From contig JBMORE010000152.1 in the NCBI GenBank assembly GCA_049322255.1, positions 1-64,000 of the forward strand: 64,000 bases of DNA, in the 5' to 3' direction. Position 1 is the first letter of the stretch. Each line of letters begins with the position of its first letter. The notes beneath the pieces were generated by a model that worked only from the letters and a program-made list of their open reading frames with translations, ran no database searches and was not told the origin of the DNA. This document shows positions 9,694-19,805 of the stretch, piece after piece. This DNA comes from Myxococcota bacterium (GTDB lineage: Bacteria; Myxococcota; Myxococcia; Myxococcales; Myxococcaceae). The translations under genes and the position numbers were made by a program.

Positions 9694-9730
9694 GGCGTAG
9701 TACGCCGCGCTGCTCATCCCAGGAGGGCAC

Positions 9731-9931
9731 TCACCAGACGAGCTCCGGTCGGACGAGCGGTTCCTCGATTTCGTGAGAGCGTTCGACGAGCTTGGTCGGC
9801 CGCCGGCGCAACGGTGAGGGACGAGCCGCTGGTTCGGGACGGCCACTGCGGACGAACGCGAGCCATAGGACGAAGAGACTCAGCGTGGAGGCGTAGACGA
9901 GGACCCCCGCGCCGAACAGCGCCTCGAGCAC
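9731..9931 (-). CDS. Small single-pass membrane protein
   Basis: 66-aa ORF directly downstream of uvrA with a hydrophobic N-terminal helix. Confidence 0.45.
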   Translation of the reverse strand: MLEALFGAGVLVYASTLSLFVLWLAFVRSGRPEPAARPSPLRRRPTKLVERSHEIEEPLVRPELVW

Positions 9932-9945
9932 GAGGATCCCGGGCT

Positions 9946-12798
9946 CTACGCCGTTCGCCGCGCCCGCGCTTTTCCCAGCACTTGGTCGAGGTAGCGGCCG
10001 GTGTAGCTGGCCTTCACCTTCGCCACCTCTTCGGGCGTTCCAGTGGCGAGCACCCGGCCACCGCCGGCGCCGCCCTCCGGCCCCAAGTCGAGCACCCAGT
10101 CGGCGTTCTTAATGACGTCGAGGTTGTGCTCGATCACCACCACGGTGTTTCCGTTTTCCACCAGGCGGCTCAAGACGGAGAGCAGCTTGCGAATGTCCTC
10201 GAAGTGCAGGCCGGTCGTGGGCTCATCGAGGATGTAGAGGGTGCGCCCGGTAGCCACCTTGCACAGCTCGCGCGAGAGCTTGATGCGCTGCGCCTCGCCG
10301 CCAGAGAGCGTGGGCGAGCTCTGCCCCAGGCGGATGTACCCCAGGCCGACGTCGTCCAGCGTCTGCAAGACGCGCATGATGTCTTTGTGCACCGAGAAGT
10401 GCACCATCGCCTCGCGCACGCTCATCTCCAGCACCTCGGCGATGTTCTTGCCCTTGTAGCGCACGCGCAAAGTCGCGTCGTTGAAGCGCTTGCCCGCGCA
10501 CACCTCGCAGGGCACGTAGACGTCGGCGAGGAAGTGCATCTCCACCAGCTTCACCCCGTCGCCTTCGCACGACTCGCAGCGGCCGCCCTTGACGTTGAAG
10601 CTGAAGCGGCCCGGGGTGTACCCGAAGGCGCGTGCCTCGGGCGTCTGCGCGAACACCTCGCGGATGTGGTCGAACACCTTGGTGTAGGTCGCCGGGTTGG
10701 AGCGCGGGGTGCGACCGATGGGCTTCTGGTCGATGTCGATCACCTTGTCCAGGTGCTCCAGGCCCTTGATGCCGTGGTGGCGGCCGGGCACCTCACGGGT
10801 GCCGTACAGCTCGCGCGCCAAGGCGGGGTAGAGAATTTCATTGATGAGGGTGGATTTGCCGGCGCCGGAGACCCCGGTGACCGCGATGAACAGCCCCAGC
10901 GGCAGCTCCACCGTGATGTTCTGGAGGTTGTTCTCCTTCGCCCCCTGGATGACCAGCTTGGCCTTGCCCGGTAGCCGGCGGCGCTCGGGGATGTCGATTT
11001 GCAGCCGTCCTGCGAGGTAGGCGCCGGTGAGGCTCTTGGGGTGCTTGGCGATCTCCTTGGGTGGACCGTCGGCGACGATCTCTCCGCCCAGCTCGCCGGC
11101 GCCCGGACCGAAGTCGACGATCCAGTCGGCCTCCTCCATCGTCTCCTCGTCGTGCTCGACGACGATCACCGAGTTGCCCAGGTCGCGCAGCCGCTTGAGC
11201 GTGGCCAAGAGCTTGCCGTTGTCGCGCTGGTGCAGGCCGATCGACGGCTCGTCGAGAATGTAGATGACCCCCGTGAGCTCCGAGCCCATCTGCGAGGCGA
11301 GACGAATGCGCTGGCTCTCGCCGCCGGAGAGGGTGCTCGCGGTGCGATCGAGGGTGAGGTAGGTCAGCCCCACGTTCTCCAAGAAGCCCAGCCGGCTGCG
11401 AATCTCCTTGAGCAGCTCGGAGGCGATCTTCGTCTCCTGGGCGGTGAGCGGCATTTTCGAGAGAAACGCCAGCGCCTCCCCGATGGTCAGCCGGGACAGC
11501 TCGACGATCGACTGGCCATGCGCCTTCACCGCGCGCGACTCGGGCCTGAGCCGCTCGCCTTGGCAGACCGGGCAAGGCTTGTCGGAGAAGAACTTCATGT
11601 AGTAGCGGCGCATGCTCTCCGAGGCGGTGCTCTTGAAGCTGCGCATCAGCTTATGGACCAACCCCTCCCACTCCACGCGCCAGCGGCCCCCGTCGCCCCA
11701 CTTCATGGTGAACTCGCGCCCGTGCGAGCCGTAGAAGATGAGGTCTTGCTCGCGCTTGGAGAGCTTCTCGAAGGGCAGGTCGAGATCGATCTTGAAGGCC
11801 GAGGCCAGCTGCTCGACGAATTCGGCGGTCCAGCCCTCGCCGCGCGTCATGCCGGTGGCCCAGGGCTCGACGGCGCCCTCGCGAATGGAGCGGGTGCGGT
11901 CGGGCACGATGAGGTCGGGGTCCATCTCCGGGCGGGTGCCTAAGCCGTTGCACTCGGCGCACATCCCCAACGGGTTGTTGAAGGAGAAGGAGGCGGGGGT
12001 GAGCTCGGGGAACGACAGAGCGCAGTGATGGCAGGCGTTGAGCTCGCTCATCGTCCGATCGGCGCCCTTGGCTGCATGCTCGTCGGAGACAATCAGCACC
12101 CCCTTACCCTCGCGCAGCGCCGTCTCCACCGAATCGGTGAGGCGGCTCTTCACGTCGGGCTTGAGCACCAGCCGGTCCACCACCAGCTCGATGTCGTGCT
12201 TGGACTTCTTGTCCAGCTCGATGCGCTCCTCGAGGCTCTTCACCTTCCCGTCTACCCGGGCGCGGGTGAAGCCACGCTTCTGCGCCTCGGCGAGCAGGTC
12301 TTTGTGCTCGCCTTTGCGGTTTTGCACCAGGGGCGCGAGCAGCACCACCTTGCTCCCGGTGGGTGCCTTGAGAATCTCCTCGACGATCTGCTGCGCGCTC
12401 TGCTTGCCCACCTGGCGGCCGCACTGGTGACAGTGCTGCACGCCGATCGACGCGTAGAGCACGCGCAGGTAGTCGTGCACCTCGGTGACCGTGCCCACGG
12501 TGGAGCGAGGGTTGTTCGAGGCCGCTTTTTGCTCGATGGAGATGGTCGGCGACAGCCCCCGTAAGGTGTCGTACTTGGGCTTCTCCATCTGCCCGAGGAA
12601 CTGGCGGGCGTAAGCCGAGAGTGACTCGACGTAGCGCCGCTGCCCCTCGGCGTAGAGGGTGTCGAAGGCGAGCGAGCTCTTCCCCGACCCGGACACTCCG
12701 GTGAAGACGACCAGCTTCTTCTTCGGAATGTCCAAGGCGACGTCCTTGAGGTTGTGCTCCTTGGCTCCGCGGACAGAGATGACGTCAGGCTCGGACAT
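9946..12798 (-). CDS. uvrA: Excinuclease ABC subunit A
   Basis: GAKEHNLK, two Walker A motifs (GVSGSGKSS, GVSGAGKST), LSGGESQRIRLA / LSGGEAQRIKL, Zn fingers; start MSEPD at 12798. Confidence 0.98.
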   Translation of the reverse strand: MSEPDVISVRGAKEHNLKDVALDIPKKKLVVFTGVSGSGKSSLAFDTLYAEGQRRYVESLSAYARQFLGQMEKPKYDTLRGLSPTISIEQKAASNNPRSTVGTVTEVHDYLRVLYASIGVQHCHQCGRQVGKQSAQQIVEEILKAPTGSKVVLLAPLVQNRKGEHKDLLAEAQKRGFTRARVDGKVKSLEERIELDKKSKHDIELVVDRLVLKPDVKSRLTDSVETALREGKGVLIVSDEHAAKGADRTMSELNACHHCALSFPELTPASFSFNNPLGMCAECNGLGTRPEMDPDLIVPDRTRSIREGAVEPWATGMTRGEGWTAEFVEQLASAFKIDLDLPFEKLSKREQDLIFYGSHGREFTMKWGDGGRWRVEWEGLVHKLMRSFKSTASESMRRYYMKFFSDKPCPVCQGERLRPESRAVKAHGQSIVELSRLTIGEALAFLSKMPLTAQETKIASELLKEIRSRLGFLENVGLTYLTLDRTASTLSGGESQRIRLASQMGSELTGVIYILDEPSIGLHQRDNGKLLATLKRLRDLGNSVIVVEHDEETMEEADWIVDFGPGAGELGGEIVADGPPKEIAKHPKSLTGAYLAGRLQIDIPERRRLPGKAKLVIQGAKENNLQNITVELPLGLFIAVTGVSGAGKSTLINEILYPALARELYGTREVPGRHHGIKGLEHLDKVIDIDQKPIGRTPRSNPATYTKVFDHIREVFAQTPEARAFGYTPGRFSFNVKGGRCESCEGDGVKLVEMHFLADVYVPCEVCAGKRFNDATLRVRYKGKNIAEVLEMSVREAMVHFSVHKDIMRVLQTLDDVGLGYIRLGQSSPTLSGGEAQRIKLSRELCKVATGRTLYILDEPTTGLHFEDIRKLLSVLSRLVENGNTVVVIEHNLDVIKNADWVLDLGPEGGAGGGRVLATGTPEEVAKVKASYTGRYLDQVLGKARARRTA

Positions 12799-12863
12799 AG
12801 GGGCGCACCCAATACCACTGAAAGAAAGGTTAGTAACCGGGGCGATGGTAGGGTGCGTCGCCC

Positions 12864-13394
12864 ATGGCGGTGCTGCACAACGACGCAAAGAATCTTCGGC
12901 TCTTCGTCGAGCTGGTCGACCGCGAGGTGCCCGCGGTGGTGCCCGGGCAGCCGGCCCCGGCCGCTTCGCAGGTGCGCGTGCTGGGGACCGCGGGCGTCGA
13001 GTTCTTCGATCGCCGCGACCAGAGCTTTTGGCCCTTCATTCGCTTGCCGGTGGTGTACTTCGGAGGCGATGACGGCCCCTCGCTCGTCCGCTCTCTTCGC
13101 GATGTCTGCAGCCTGAAGACCCCCGGCTTCGTCTTCCGCTCCGGGGCCCAAGACGAGCTCGCCGTCCACGTATCCCCTCTCCCTCTGGGAGAGGGCAAAG
13201 GTGAGGGGCGAGGATTCCTCATCGAAGTCGGCATCGACCTCGCTGCATACCTCTTCGAGACCTCTGGGCTTTCGGGCGAGCCCGGCCGCGAGCTGGCGCT
13301 GTTTCGCTTCAGCGCCTCCACCGCCGAGCTGGTGCGCTTCGCCGACCAGCTCAAGCAGGAGCTTCAGCAACTGCCGCCTCTCGAGGGCAGCTGA
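12864..13394 (+). CDS. Hypothetical protein containing an in-frame REP-derived peptide
   Basis: 176-aa ORF with host-like codon usage; extended -10 TGG-TAGGGT at 12846-12854. Confidence 0.75.
   Translation: MAVLHNDAKNLRLFVELVDREVPAVVPGQPAPAASQVRVLGTAGVEFFDRRDQSFWPFIRLPVVYFGGDDGPSLVRSLRDVCSLKTPGFVFRSGAQDELAVHVSPLPLGEGKGEGRGFLIEVGIDLAAYLFETSGLSGEPGRELALFRFSASTAELVRFADQLKQELQQLPPLEGS
13174..13208 (+). repeat. REP-like palindrome copy 2 (inside CDS)
   Basis: CCCCTCTCCCTCTGGGAGAGGGCAAAGGTGAGGGG, translated as SPLPLGEGKGEG. Confidence 0.9.
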
Positions 13395-13415
13395 AGTATC
13401 CTCCAGGGCACCTTC

Positions 13416-15173
<1,758 letters not shown>

Positions 15174-15185
15174 AGGGCCGCTTCG

Positions 15186-15214
15186 TTGTCGACGTCGGCG
15201 AGGCTTCGTATCGT
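15186..15214 (+). promoter_or_regulatory. SigmaA-type promoter, probable leaderless transcript
   Basis: TTGTCG-N17-TATCGT-N6-ATG(15221), no SD sequence. Confidence 0.55.
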
Positions 15215-15220
15215 GCGCCC

Positions 15221-16606
15221 ATGGTCTTCGCACGATGGATGTTGGCCGCGGTGGTGGGAGGGTCTTCAGTGGCGCGGGCGGTCGAGCCACCGGCGCCATG
15301 CGCGCCAGGCAAGGCCTCCGAGTTGCTCTCCGAGGGCAGAAAGGTGCAGCGGGAGAAAGGCGAAGGTGGAGCCGCCGAGGCGGTGAAGCTGTACGAGCAG
15401 ACGCTCGCCGCCGACCCAGGGTGCGCCGCTGCCTTGTGGGAGATGGGTTGGTCGAAGCAGCTCTTGGGCGACTACGACGGCAACCTCGCCGCTTGGGACC
15501 GGCTGAAGAAGCTCGCCCCCGACTACCCTGAGCTCGACTCAAGCTACACGGCGGCGGCGAAGCGCCGGGAAGACAGCCGAGCACTCGCTTCGCTCCCCGA
15601 CCCGGGCAAGCTGCCCAAGCGCGAGGAGAAGCCAGCTGAAGGAGAGGGGTTGACCTTCGCCGCCGTCGGCGACGTGCACATGGGCATGGCGTGGCCGGAA
15701 GATCGGCCGCGGCTGCCTCCCAACGGCGCGGCGGACCTCTTCGAGTCGGTGACCGACAGCCTCAAGGCCGCCGACGTCGTCTTCGGAAACCTGGAGACCG
15801 CGCTGGCCGACGGCGGCGAGAGCAAGAAGTGCGGAAAGAAATCGACCAAGTGTTTCGCCTTTCGCGTGCCCACCGCCTACGCCGGGGCGCTCAAGGCAGC
15901 GGGTTTCACGGTGATGAGCATCGCCAACAACCATGCGGGCGACTTCGGCCCCGAGGGGCGGGCAAGCACCATGGCCGCGCTCGACAAGCACGCCATCCTT
16001 CACAGCGGGCCGGTGGGGGACGTCGCCAGCTGGGAGGTGAAGGGCAAGAAGCTGGCGCTGGTTGCCTTCTCCACCGGGGCCGACGTTTACCGCGTGCAGG
16101 AGCTGGACACCGCGCGGCGGGTGGTGGCGGCGCTCAAGAAGAAGCACGACTTGGTGCTGGTGTCTTTCCATGGTGGCGCAGAGGGAGCCGGCGCCGAGCG
16201 CACCGCCAAAGGGGTAGAGATGTTTCTCGGCGAGAACCGGGGCGACGTTCGTCGCTTCGCCCGGGTGGTGATCGACGCCGGCGCCGATCTGGTGCTCGGC
16301 CACGGCCCCCACGTGCTGCGCGGCCTGGAGCGCTACAAGGGTCGCCTCATCCTCTATTCCATGGGCAACTTCAGCTCGTGGGAGACCTTCGGTCTTGCCG
16401 GCACCAAGGGCATCACCGGCATCTTCAAAGTGACGCTGGCGCCCAACGGGGTGGTGACCGCCCTGCGAGTCGAGCCTTTGGTCATCGAGGAGCCTGGCCG
16501 CCCGCGGCCAGACCCGAGCAAGCAAGCCCTCGAGCAGCTGCGCAAGCTGTCGAAGGAGGACTTCGGTGACGCGCTGCTCGACGAGGCCGGCGCCTGGAAG
16601 CGGTGA
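15221..16606 (+). CDS. CapA/PGA_cap family metallophosphatase with signal peptide and N-terminal TPR
   Basis: AVGDVH, GNLET, SIANNHAGDFG, VSFHGGAE, LVLGHGPHVLRG, YSMGNF. Confidence 0.92.
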   Translation: MVFARWMLAAVVGGSSVARAVEPPAPCAPGKASELLSEGRKVQREKGEGGAAEAVKLYEQTLAADPGCAAALWEMGWSKQLLGDYDGNLAAWDRLKKLAPDYPELDSSYTAAAKRREDSRALASLPDPGKLPKREEKPAEGEGLTFAAVGDVHMGMAWPEDRPRLPPNGAADLFESVTDSLKAADVVFGNLETALADGGESKKCGKKSTKCFAFRVPTAYAGALKAAGFTVMSIANNHAGDFGPEGRASTMAALDKHAILHSGPVGDVASWEVKGKKLALVAFSTGADVYRVQELDTARRVVAALKKKHDLVLVSFHGGAEGAGAERTAKGVEMFLGENRGDVRRFARVVIDAGADLVLGHGPHVLRGLERYKGRLILYSMGNFSSWETFGLAGTKGITGIFKVTLAPNGVVTALRVEPLVIEEPGRPRPDPSKQALEQLRKLSKEDFGDALLDEAGAWKR

Positions 16607-16727
16607 GGCAAAAGGGCTGAAGTTTTTACCCACCCTGCCGTCTGCGCCTCCATTCGCTGGGTGACAGGCGCCGGTCATTTCGTCGCCTGCGCGCAGGTTT
16701 GAGGTGAGCGCGGCGGCTGGAAGCTCC

Positions 16728-16743
16728 AGGCACCTGCGTTGCA
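16728..16743 (+). promoter_or_regulatory. Sigma54-type promoter upstream of the Ig-repeat/VWA lipoprotein gene
   Basis: AGGCACC-TGCG-TTGCA about 75 nt before ATG 16819. Confidence 0.55.
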
Positions 16744-16818
16744 CCGCCTCACGCTCGTTGTCCAAAGAACGGAAGTCCGTGTCGTTTGGCGAGGGGCGGG
16801 AACACGGAGGCGGCGGGC

Positions 16819-19764
16819 ATGGGGCGCTCGATCTTCAACATCGGGGTGGTGGCGCTGGCTGCGGCGCTGACGGCTTGCGGCGATCGCGGCGTGCAGAGGG
16901 CGCCCACCGGCTTTTCGGCCGAGCCGGCCGAGGTGCGGTTCGATCCGACCGCGCTGGGTGATACCCGGGAGGCGACCGTCACCTTGCGAAACCGCGGCCG
17001 CGCCAGCTTCCGGGTGGAGGGCGCGAGCACCGCGGTGGTGGGCATCTCGGTCGCGGGATTCGAGGGCTTCGTGCTCGGCGCAGGAGAGGAGCGCGCGCTT
17101 CTCTTGCGCTTCTCTCCGCAGCTGGAGGGAGAGGTGAGCGGGGCGCTGGAGATCGTCACCGACTCCGAGACGGCGGGAGAGAAGGGCGTGGCCACGGTGC
17201 CGCTCTCGGGGCTGGGGGTAGAGGCGATCGTCACCGTGGCGCAGGACCGCATCGACTTCGGCGATGTGGAGATCGGCGCAGTGAAGATGGCGGAGTTGGA
17301 GGTGGAGAACCGAAGCCAGGCGGAGGCGCCCTTTCGTCTGTACCTTCAGGGCACCGACGCGCCGATGTTTTCCTCTACCGAGCTGGACAAGCGCTTGACG
17401 CTGGAACCGGGGGAGAAGCGAAGAATCCCGCTCGCTTTCAGCCCTTACCGTTTGGCGGCGGCGCAGGTCTTTCTCCAAGTCGAGCCGTGCGTGGGGTGCG
17501 CGCCGCGACAGGTCGAGTTGGTCGGCTTCGGCATCAGCTCGGTGGTCGACGTGCGGCCGTTGCGCATCGATTTCGGGCGGGTGGCTCCGGGGGCGCGCGC
17601 TTCGCAGACGTTGACCATCACCAACTTGGGCAGCGAAACCTTGAGCTTCACCGGCTTTGCCTGGCAGGGGAACGCGGGCGTCTATCAGCTCGATCACCCG
17701 CCGGTGGTGCCCCTCGAGGCGGGGAAGACTTTCGTCGCTACCGTCACCTTCCAGCCGACCGCGGTGGTGAACATCCCCACGGCGTTACTCGAGGTGAAGG
17801 TTCAGGCGAAGAACGCCACCGGCATCAAGGTGCCGGTAATGGGCGAGGTGGGCGAGTCGTGCGTGGTGCCCATCCCCAAGAAGCTCGATTTTGGGCTGGT
17901 GCCGCAGGGGATGAGCAGCCAAAAACGCGTCGACCTGCTCAACCGCTGCGGCCAGCAAGTGCAGATCGGCGAGCTGGCGGCGACCGTGGACAGCGGCGGT
18001 TACTTCGGGTTGGCCAACGGCGGCGCTCCCATCGGGCTCAAACCGGGGGAGATTGCCTCGGTGCCGGTGACCTTCACTCCCAAGGTCGGGACCACCGACA
18101 GCACCGGCCGGCTCACCTTCAAGGCCTTCGCCGGCGCATCCGTGGCGTACACCGAAGTGCCGCTCACGGGCACCTCGAAGGTCTTCGCGCCCTGCCAGTA
18201 CAGCGTGGTGCCGCCCGCGCTCGATTTCGGGCTGGTACCGGTGGGCGGGGAGGTGACGCTGGGGGTGGCGATTCGCAACGACGGCACCGACGACTGCTTC
18301 GTCTCCGATTGGCTGCTCGCCTCGGGCAGTGACGCCGCGTTCAGCGCCACGCCCACCGGCTCCTTGCTTCTTCGGCCCGGTGAGAAGGCGGTGCTGCCTG
18401 TCCAGCTCAAGCCCACCGCGGTGGGGACGTTCGTGGGCATGGCGGAGGGCTTCGTGAACCACCCGAGCAACGGCCGGGTGATGGCGTTGCTCTCCGGGCG
18501 GGGTGTGCAGGGGTGCTTCCAGCTGCAGCCGACCTCGGTCGACTTCGGCATCGCCCGCATCTCTTGTGGCGTGCGCACCCGCTCGGTGGTGGCGGTGAAT
18601 GGGTGCACCGCGCCGGTGACGCTGGGAAGCGCAGCCCTCGATGCGGCCACTTCGGGAGAAATTTCGCTCCAGGCGGGCCCGGCGCTGCCGTTCGTGCTCA
18701 ACCCCGGCGCGCAGGCGATGTTCACGCTCGCCTATCAGCCCGTGGACGACGGGGTGGATATCGCCGCCCTGCGGGTGGAAGCGGGTCAGGGCGGTTTGAA
18801 TACCGTGGGCGTGCGCGGACAGGGCCAGACCAAGGACACGCAGACCGACCGCTTCCTCCAGGAGGTGCAAGCCAAGGTGGACGTGCTCCTGGTAATCGAC
18901 AACTCCGGCTCGATGATGGAGGAGCAGACCAACCTGGCGGCAAACTTCGCTGCGCTGCTCTCGGGAGCGCAGGCGGCGGGCATCGACTATCAGATTGGCA
19001 TCACCACCACCGGGCTCGACCCTTCGCCGGGAGGGTGGTCGTCGTGCCCCGGCGGAGTGGAGGGCGGAGAGGCGGGACGGCTGTTCCCGGTGAACAACTC
19101 CACCCCGCGCATCATCACTCCCAATACTCCCAACGCGGCGCAGGTGTTCGCCAACAACGTGAAGGTCGGTTGGTGCCACTGGAACGAGCAGGGCCTGGAG
19201 GCGGCGTACCGCGCGCTCTCCGAGCCATTGGTGTCGAGCACCGACGACCCGCGGACCCCGCAGCCCGACGACGGCAATGCCGGCTTCTTGCGGCCCGATG
19301 CGCGGCTGGTGATCATCGTCGTCAGCGACGAGGAGGACTTCTCTACCCAGCCCGTAGACTTCTACGTCACCTTCTTCCGGGCGGTGAAGAAGAACGACCC
19401 CTCGTTGCTCAGCTTCTCGGCCATCGTCGCCCCGCCGAGCTTAGGGCTGTGCCCCACCGCGAGCAGCTCGGGCTCTCGCTACGCCGCGGTGGCCGCGCAA
19501 ACCGGAGGCATCACCGAGAACATCTGCACCCAGAACTGGGCCAGCTCGCTACAGACGCTCTCGAGCAATGCCTTCGGCCCCAAGCGCCGCTTTCAGCTGC
19601 GGCAGACGCCGTCGGACACGACGAAGATCGAGGTCGAGGTCGATGGAGTGAAGGTGACGAGTGGCTGGAGCTACGACTCGGCGACCAACAGTGTGGTGTT
19701 CGAACCCAGTACCACCCCGCCGCCCGGTGCGGCCATCGACGTCACCTACCCGCTCGGCTGTTGA
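16819..19764 (+). CDS. Lipoprotein with tandem Ig-like (choice-of-anchor D/ASH-like) domains and C-terminal VWA domain
   Basis: RBS GGAGG; lipobox ALTAC; about 6 repeats starting (I/L/V)DFG; MIDAS VIDNSGSM and VSDEED. Confidence 0.9.
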   Translation: MGRSIFNIGVVALAAALTACGDRGVQRAPTGFSAEPAEVRFDPTALGDTREATVTLRNRGRASFRVEGASTAVVGISVAGFEGFVLGAGEERALLLRFSPQLEGEVSGALEIVTDSETAGEKGVATVPLSGLGVEAIVTVAQDRIDFGDVEIGAVKMAELEVENRSQAEAPFRLYLQGTDAPMFSSTELDKRLTLEPGEKRRIPLAFSPYRLAAAQVFLQVEPCVGCAPRQVELVGFGISSVVDVRPLRIDFGRVAPGARASQTLTITNLGSETLSFTGFAWQGNAGVYQLDHPPVVPLEAGKTFVATVTFQPTAVVNIPTALLEVKVQAKNATGIKVPVMGEVGESCVVPIPKKLDFGLVPQGMSSQKRVDLLNRCGQQVQIGELAATVDSGGYFGLANGGAPIGLKPGEIASVPVTFTPKVGTTDSTGRLTFKAFAGASVAYTEVPLTGTSKVFAPCQYSVVPPALDFGLVPVGGEVTLGVAIRNDGTDDCFVSDWLLASGSDAAFSATPTGSLLLRPGEKAVLPVQLKPTAVGTFVGMAEGFVNHPSNGRVMALLSGRGVQGCFQLQPTSVDFGIARISCGVRTRSVVAVNGCTAPVTLGSAALDAATSGEISLQAGPALPFVLNPGAQAMFTLAYQPVDDGVDIAALRVEAGQGGLNTVGVRGQGQTKDTQTDRFLQEVQAKVDVLLVIDNSGSMMEEQTNLAANFAALLSGAQAAGIDYQIGITTTGLDPSPGGWSSCPGGVEGGEAGRLFPVNNSTPRIITPNTPNAAQVFANNVKVGWCHWNEQGLEAAYRALSEPLVSSTDDPRTPQPDDGNAGFLRPDARLVIIVVSDEEDFSTQPVDFYVTFFRAVKKNDPSLLSFSAIVAPPSLGLCPTASSSGSRYAAVAAQTGGITENICTQNWASSLQTLSSNAFGPKRRFQLRQTPSDTTKIEVEVDGVKVTSGWSYDSATNSVVFEPSTTPPPGAAIDVTYPLGC

Positions 19765-19774
19765 GGGGTTGGGT

Positions 19775-19805
19775 CTCTCACCCTTACCCTCTCCCACGGG
19801 GAGGG
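19775..19805 (-). repeat. REP-like palindrome copy 3 (reverse orientation), abutting the next start codon
   Basis: CTCTCACCCTTACCCTCTCCCACGGGGAGGG followed immediately by ATGATG. Confidence 0.85.

Noticed and set aside
18513..19805. 717-aa ORF as a fused or overlapping gene
   Set aside because: The N-terminal part is an Arg/Gly-rich off-frame read of the VWA gene; the real protein starts at 19806/19809.
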